NCBI GenBank assembly: GCA_024275045.1
Contig: JAJRZX010000039.1
Location: forward strand, 586 to 64,585
DNA length: 64,000 nucleotides
Reading direction: 5' to 3'
DNA from: Deltaproteobacteria bacterium
GTDB lineage: Bacteria > Desulfobacterota > GWC2-55-46 > JADFVP01
Part shown: positions 60,939 through 64,000 of the stretch, one piece after another
Position numbering within the stretch: the first letter of the stretch is position 1
Layout of the letters: the number at the start of each line of letters is the position of its first letter
Made by a program: the position numbers and the translations under genes
The notes under the pieces: model-generated
Told to the model about the DNA's origin: nothing
Databases searched by the model: none
Seen by the model: only the letters and a program-made list of their open reading frames with translations

Positions 60939-62297
60939 TTAAAGTATGTACCGTGAGAGGTCCTCGTCCTCAAGGATATCAGCGAGCCTGCTCGTCACAT
61001 ACTCCTTGTCTATAACTACCTTCTCTCCATCCTCCATATCAGGGGCCTTAAAGGAGACCTCGTCAAAGACCCTCTCCATAACCGTATGCAGCCTTCTTGC
61101 GCCGATGTTCTCCATCCTCTCGTTTACAAGGGTGGCGATGCGGGCCATCTCAGCCACGGCGTCATCGGTGTACTCTATGGTTATATCCTCAGTCTCAAGA
61201 AGCTCCTTGTATTGTTTTAAAAGGGCGTTCTTCGGCTCCTTCAAGATCCTTACAAACTCCTTCTCTCCAAGGGTTGTAAGCTCCACCCTTATTGGAAAGC
61301 GGCCCTGAAACTCGGGGATAAGGTCCGAGGGTTTGGCTACGTGGAATGCCCCTGATGCCACAAAGAGTATGTGGTCGGTCTTTACCATGCCGTACTTTGT
61401 ATTCACGGTAGAGCCCTCTACTATGGGCAGCAGGTCGCGCTGTACGCCCTCGCGTGAGACATCAGGGCCCTGGCCTGATTGCCGCCCTGCTATCTTGTCA
61501 ATCTCGTCTATAAAGACTATACCCGACTGCTCCACCCTCTCTACGGCCTTTTTCATAACCACATCCATATCAATGAGCCTTGCCGCCTCTTCCTGGGTAA
61601 GGAGGACAAGGGCTTCGGGAACCTTGAGCTTTCTCTGCTTGGACTTTCTGGGAAAGATATTAGAGAACATATCCTTGAGGTTCATATCCATGTCATCGGC
61701 GCCTGAGGCCGAGAGTATCTCAATCACAGGGGTCTTCTGCTCCGAGGTCTCTATCTCCACCACCCTCTCGGCAAGCTTACCAGCGCGGAGAAGTTTACGC
61801 AGCTTATCCCTTGTCTTTTTCTGCAGGTCCCGCTCTCCCTCGCGGCGCTCCTCATCCAATTCCTCATAGGGGGAGGCCGTTGCCGGGGGCAGCAGGCAGT
61901 CAAGAAGCCTCTCCTCGGCAAACTCCTCTGCCTTTGCCTGTACCTTTACCTTTTCCTCGTCTTTTACCATCTTTACGGATAACTCGGTAAGGTCGCGGAT
62001 AATGCTCTCCACGTCGCGGCCCACGTAACCCACCTCAGTGAATTTACTGGCCTCTACCTTTACAAAGGGGGCCTCGGCAAGTTTTGCGAGACGGCGCGAT
62101 ATCTCAGTCTTGCCCACACCTGTGGGGCCTATCATTATGATGTTCTTCGGTGCTATCTCATCGCGGAGATCCGGCCTTACCTGTTGGCGGCGCCACCTGT
62201 TACGCAGAGCTATGGCAACGGCCCGCTTGGCATCGGACTGGCCGATTATATATTTATCAAGCTCCGAGACTATCTCTCTCGGTGTAAAATTTTTCAT
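60939..62297 (-). CDS. hslU: ATP-dependent protease ATPase subunit HslU
   Basis: It is 452 aa. Walker A is GPTGVGKT. The I-domain and the C-terminal tail RYIL fit HslU. Confidence 0.95.
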   Translation of the reverse strand: MKNFTPREIVSELDKYIIGQSDAKRAVAIALRNRWRRQQVRPDLRDEIAPKNIIMIGPTGVGKTEISRRLAKLAEAPFVKVEASKFTEVGYVGRDVESIIRDLTELSVKMVKDEEKVKVQAKAEEFAEERLLDCLLPPATASPYEELDEERREGERDLQKKTRDKLRKLLRAGKLAERVVEIETSEQKTPVIEILSASGADDMDMNLKDMFSNIFPRKSKQRKLKVPEALVLLTQEEAARLIDMDVVMKKAVERVEQSGIVFIDEIDKIAGRQSGQGPDVSREGVQRDLLPIVEGSTVNTKYGMVKTDHILFVASGAFHVAKPSDLIPEFQGRFPIRVELTTLGEKEFVRILKEPKNALLKQYKELLETEDITIEYTDDAVAEMARIATLVNERMENIGARRLHTVMERVFDEVSFKAPDMEDGEKVVIDKEYVTSRLADILEDEDLSRYIL

Positions 62298-62321
62298 CTC
62301 AAGTATACCTTCCTATAGCGG

Positions 62322-62858
62322 TTATAGTTCTTCTACAGAAATATTGTCATTGGTGTAGATACATATCTCAGCGGCCATGCCCACTGCCTCGCGGGCTATC
62401 TCGCCGGCGGTAAGCTCAGTGTGCTTAAGTAGTATTCGAGCCGCGGCAAAGGCATATGGGCCGCCTGAGCCAATGGAGGCGATACCGTGGTCCGGCTCAA
62501 TAACATCGCCGCTCCCTGAGATAATAAAGCTGTGCTCCTCGTCGGCGACAATAAGCAGGGCCTCGAGTTTTCTGAGGATCCTGTCAGTTCTCCACTCCTT
62601 GGCCAGCTCCACCGCGGCGCGGGTAAGGTTACCGCGAAACTCTCCAAGCTTGGACTCGAACTTGTCATAAAGCGTCATGGCGTCAGCCGTTGAACCTGCG
62701 AAACCCGCAAGGGCCTTGCCGCTCTTCATCCTGCGTATCTTAACCGCGCTGCTCTTCATCACCGTGGTACCGAGACTCACCTGTCCGTCCCCGGCTATGG
62801 CTACCTTGCCGCCGCGCCTTATGGCTATTATGGTAGTTCCGTGAAAACCCTTTCTCAC
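62322..62858 (-). CDS. hslV: ATP-dependent protease peptidase subunit HslV (CodW-type, with a short N-terminal propeptide)
   Basis: The TTIIAIRR...GDGQVS threonine-protease core is present. An AAGGAG RBS precedes a GTG start that gives M-RKGFHG|TTI, comparable to the B. subtilis CodW propeptide MSSFHA|TTI. The alternative ATG is at 62888. Confidence 0.85.
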   Translation of the reverse strand: MRKGFHGTTIIAIRRGGKVAIAGDGQVSLGTTVMKSSAVKIRRMKSGKALAGFAGSTADAMTLYDKFESKLGEFRGNLTRAAVELAKEWRTDRILRKLEALLIVADEEHSFIISGSGDVIEPDHGIASIGSGGPYAFAAARILLKHTELTAGEIAREAVGMAAEICIYTNDNISVEEL

Positions 62859-62896
62859 CTTTAAGACTCCTTGTAGGTTAGATAGCATGGAAAAAA

Positions 62897-63877
62897 CTAT
62901 TTGTCCTTGCCGCTTCCCCCGGCGCGCGGGTGCGCCCTGTCGTATACCTTCATAATACCCTCTATACCCACCTTTGTGTACCTCTGGGTAGTGGAGAGCT
63001 TACTGTGCCCAAGCATCTCCTGAATAGATCTCAGGTCAAGGCCGGAGTCAAGGAGATGGGTGGCAAAACTATGCCTCAGCGTATGAGGCGTTGGTCTCTT
63101 GTTAATGCCGCTTAGAACAGCGTACTTTTTCACAAGCCTCTGCACCGTCCTCGGGGAGATGGCCTTCGTGCCCCCCGGGGCAGCGACAAATAAAAACAAC
63201 TCGCCCCTGCCATCAGCGTTCGGCATGCCCCGCTCATTCATATAAGCGGTAAGGGCTGCCGCGGCATTTGCGCCGAGAAAGGCAAGCCTTGTCTTCCCGC
63301 CCTTGCCAAGGACCCTGATGGTGCCCTTGCTCATATCAAGGTCTCGAAATCTCAGCCCCGTTAACTCAGAGAGACGTATACCCGATGAGTACAGCACCTC
63401 TACTATGGCAGAATCCCGAAGTGTCCTGAAGTTATCGCCGCCTCTACTGCCCTGTACCGCGTCAAGAAGGCACCCTGTCTCCTCTGCCGAGAGCGCACCT
63501 GTAAGAAAGTGGCCTGTCCTTGGTGATACAACAAGCTCCGCGGGGTTAACGGTGAGGGTGCCCTTTTTTACAAGGAATCTAAAAAAACTCCTTATGGAAG
63601 AGAGCTTTCTCGATATGGTCACCTTGGAGCATTTATAAAATAAATCCTGAACAAAGGCCCTGATATCACCTGTTGTAATGTCTTCTACCGCAGGGGCCTC
63701 GCCTGAAGGCTCGGCAGCATCTGAAGACAAAAAAACACAAAACTGTCTTAAGTCTCTCTCGTAGGCGGCCATTGTGTGTGGAGAGGCGTTTCTCTCTACG
63801 GCGAGATACCTTAAGAACCTCTGAACAGAGGGCATCATCTCAATCATATAGCGGCCTCGCAAAAACCCTGACGCCAT
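62897..63877 (-). CDS. xerC: Tyrosine recombinase XerC/XerD (CodV-like)
   Basis: It is 326 aa, with R...HxxR...Y ([10 protein letters not shown]...[15 protein letters not shown]). It lies upstream of hslVU as in codV-clpQ-clpY synteny. The likely start is M at 63847. Confidence 0.9.
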   Translation of the reverse strand: MASGFLRGRYMIEMMPSVQRFLRYLAVERNASPHTMAAYERDLRQFCVFLSSDAAEPSGEAPAVEDITTGDIRAFVQDLFYKCSKVTISRKLSSIRSFFRFLVKKGTLTVNPAELVVSPRTGHFLTGALSAEETGCLLDAVQGSRGGDNFRTLRDSAIVEVLYSSGIRLSELTGLRFRDLDMSKGTIRVLGKGGKTRLAFLGANAAAALTAYMNERGMPNADGRGELFLFVAAPGGTKAISPRTVQRLVKKYAVLSGINKRPTPHTLRHSFATHLLDSGLDLRSIQEMLGHSKLSTTQRYTKVGIEGIMKVYDRAHPRAGGSGKDK

Positions 63878-64000
63878 TACAGGTAAGGCTGAATACAGAT
63901 AGGGTCATATTATCATCTACCATAAGAACCTTCAAAGGGTTTTTGCACCTTACGGCACGGCCTCCAAGAGTCTGATTAAGACCAAAGGCTGCCTTAATGC

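Noticed and set aside
63850-64000. A partial minus-strand CDS upstream of xerC (possibly trmFO by synteny)
   Set aside because: Only about 50 codons are visible, and two frames are open to different stops (63951 or about 63850). There is not enough sequence to assign a frame or family.

Overview
This is a 64-kb bacterial chromosomal window with about 58-60% GC in the housekeeping genes and nearly everything on the minus strand. A diderm bacterium is the most likely source; the gene content is Desulfobacterota- or delta-proteobacterium-like, but that is a guess.

The window divides into three parts:

- **Left core (1-7.8 kb).** The 3' part of pbpC (penicillin-binding protein 1C) sits next to a 1941-aa bacterial alpha-2-macroglobulin.
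- **Accessory region (about 7.9-22.85 kb).** This is a decaying integrative island at a tRNA-Pro(CGG) gene. It contains:
  - a tyrosine integrase, an AlpA-type excisionase, a VapBC toxin-antitoxin pair and a CBS-domain gene with an in-frame TAG codon;
  - an AT-rich stretch with three 40-bp iterons and a phased T-tract region;
  - a ParM/ParR-like actin-type partition pair with a palindromic operator;
  - an AAA+ ATPase, a wHTH protein and an AbiEii/DUF1814-like nucleotidyltransferase that appears frameshifted;
  - remnants of a DUF4143 ATPase;
  - a full-length group II intron carrying a reverse-transcriptase/maturase ORF;
  - an IS3-family element with the A7 slippery site that splits a gene;
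  - two roughly 200-bp direct repeats bracketing a 6.2-kb module.
- **Right core (22.9-64 kb).** It starts with a type IVa pilus machinery cluster: pilMNOPQ, an XRE HTH regulator, a minor-pilin operon (fimT/gspH-like, pilV, a giant 1073-aa pilW-like protein with FN3 repeats, and a 557-aa pilX-like protein) behind a consensus sigma-54 promoter, then pilR, pilS and pilD. The remaining right-core genes are a lone HEPN gene, argJ, secA, an M23 peptidase, crp/fnr, pmbA/tldD, a GNAT, recN, nadK, a Zn-ADH, a class-I aldolase, a YHS protein, folK, a DapL-like aminotransferase, an FAH hydrolase, argG, argF, argD, argB, hslU, hslV (CodW-type) and xerC. Three roughly 84-bp tandem repeats lie between argD and argF. 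A partial minus-strand gene, possibly trmFO, begins beyond 63.95 kb.

No CRISPR array and no rRNA were seen. The most novel-looking items are the nucleotidyltransferase-wHTH-AAA+ module on the island and the giant PilW-like minor pilin in a cluster that has no PilY1.
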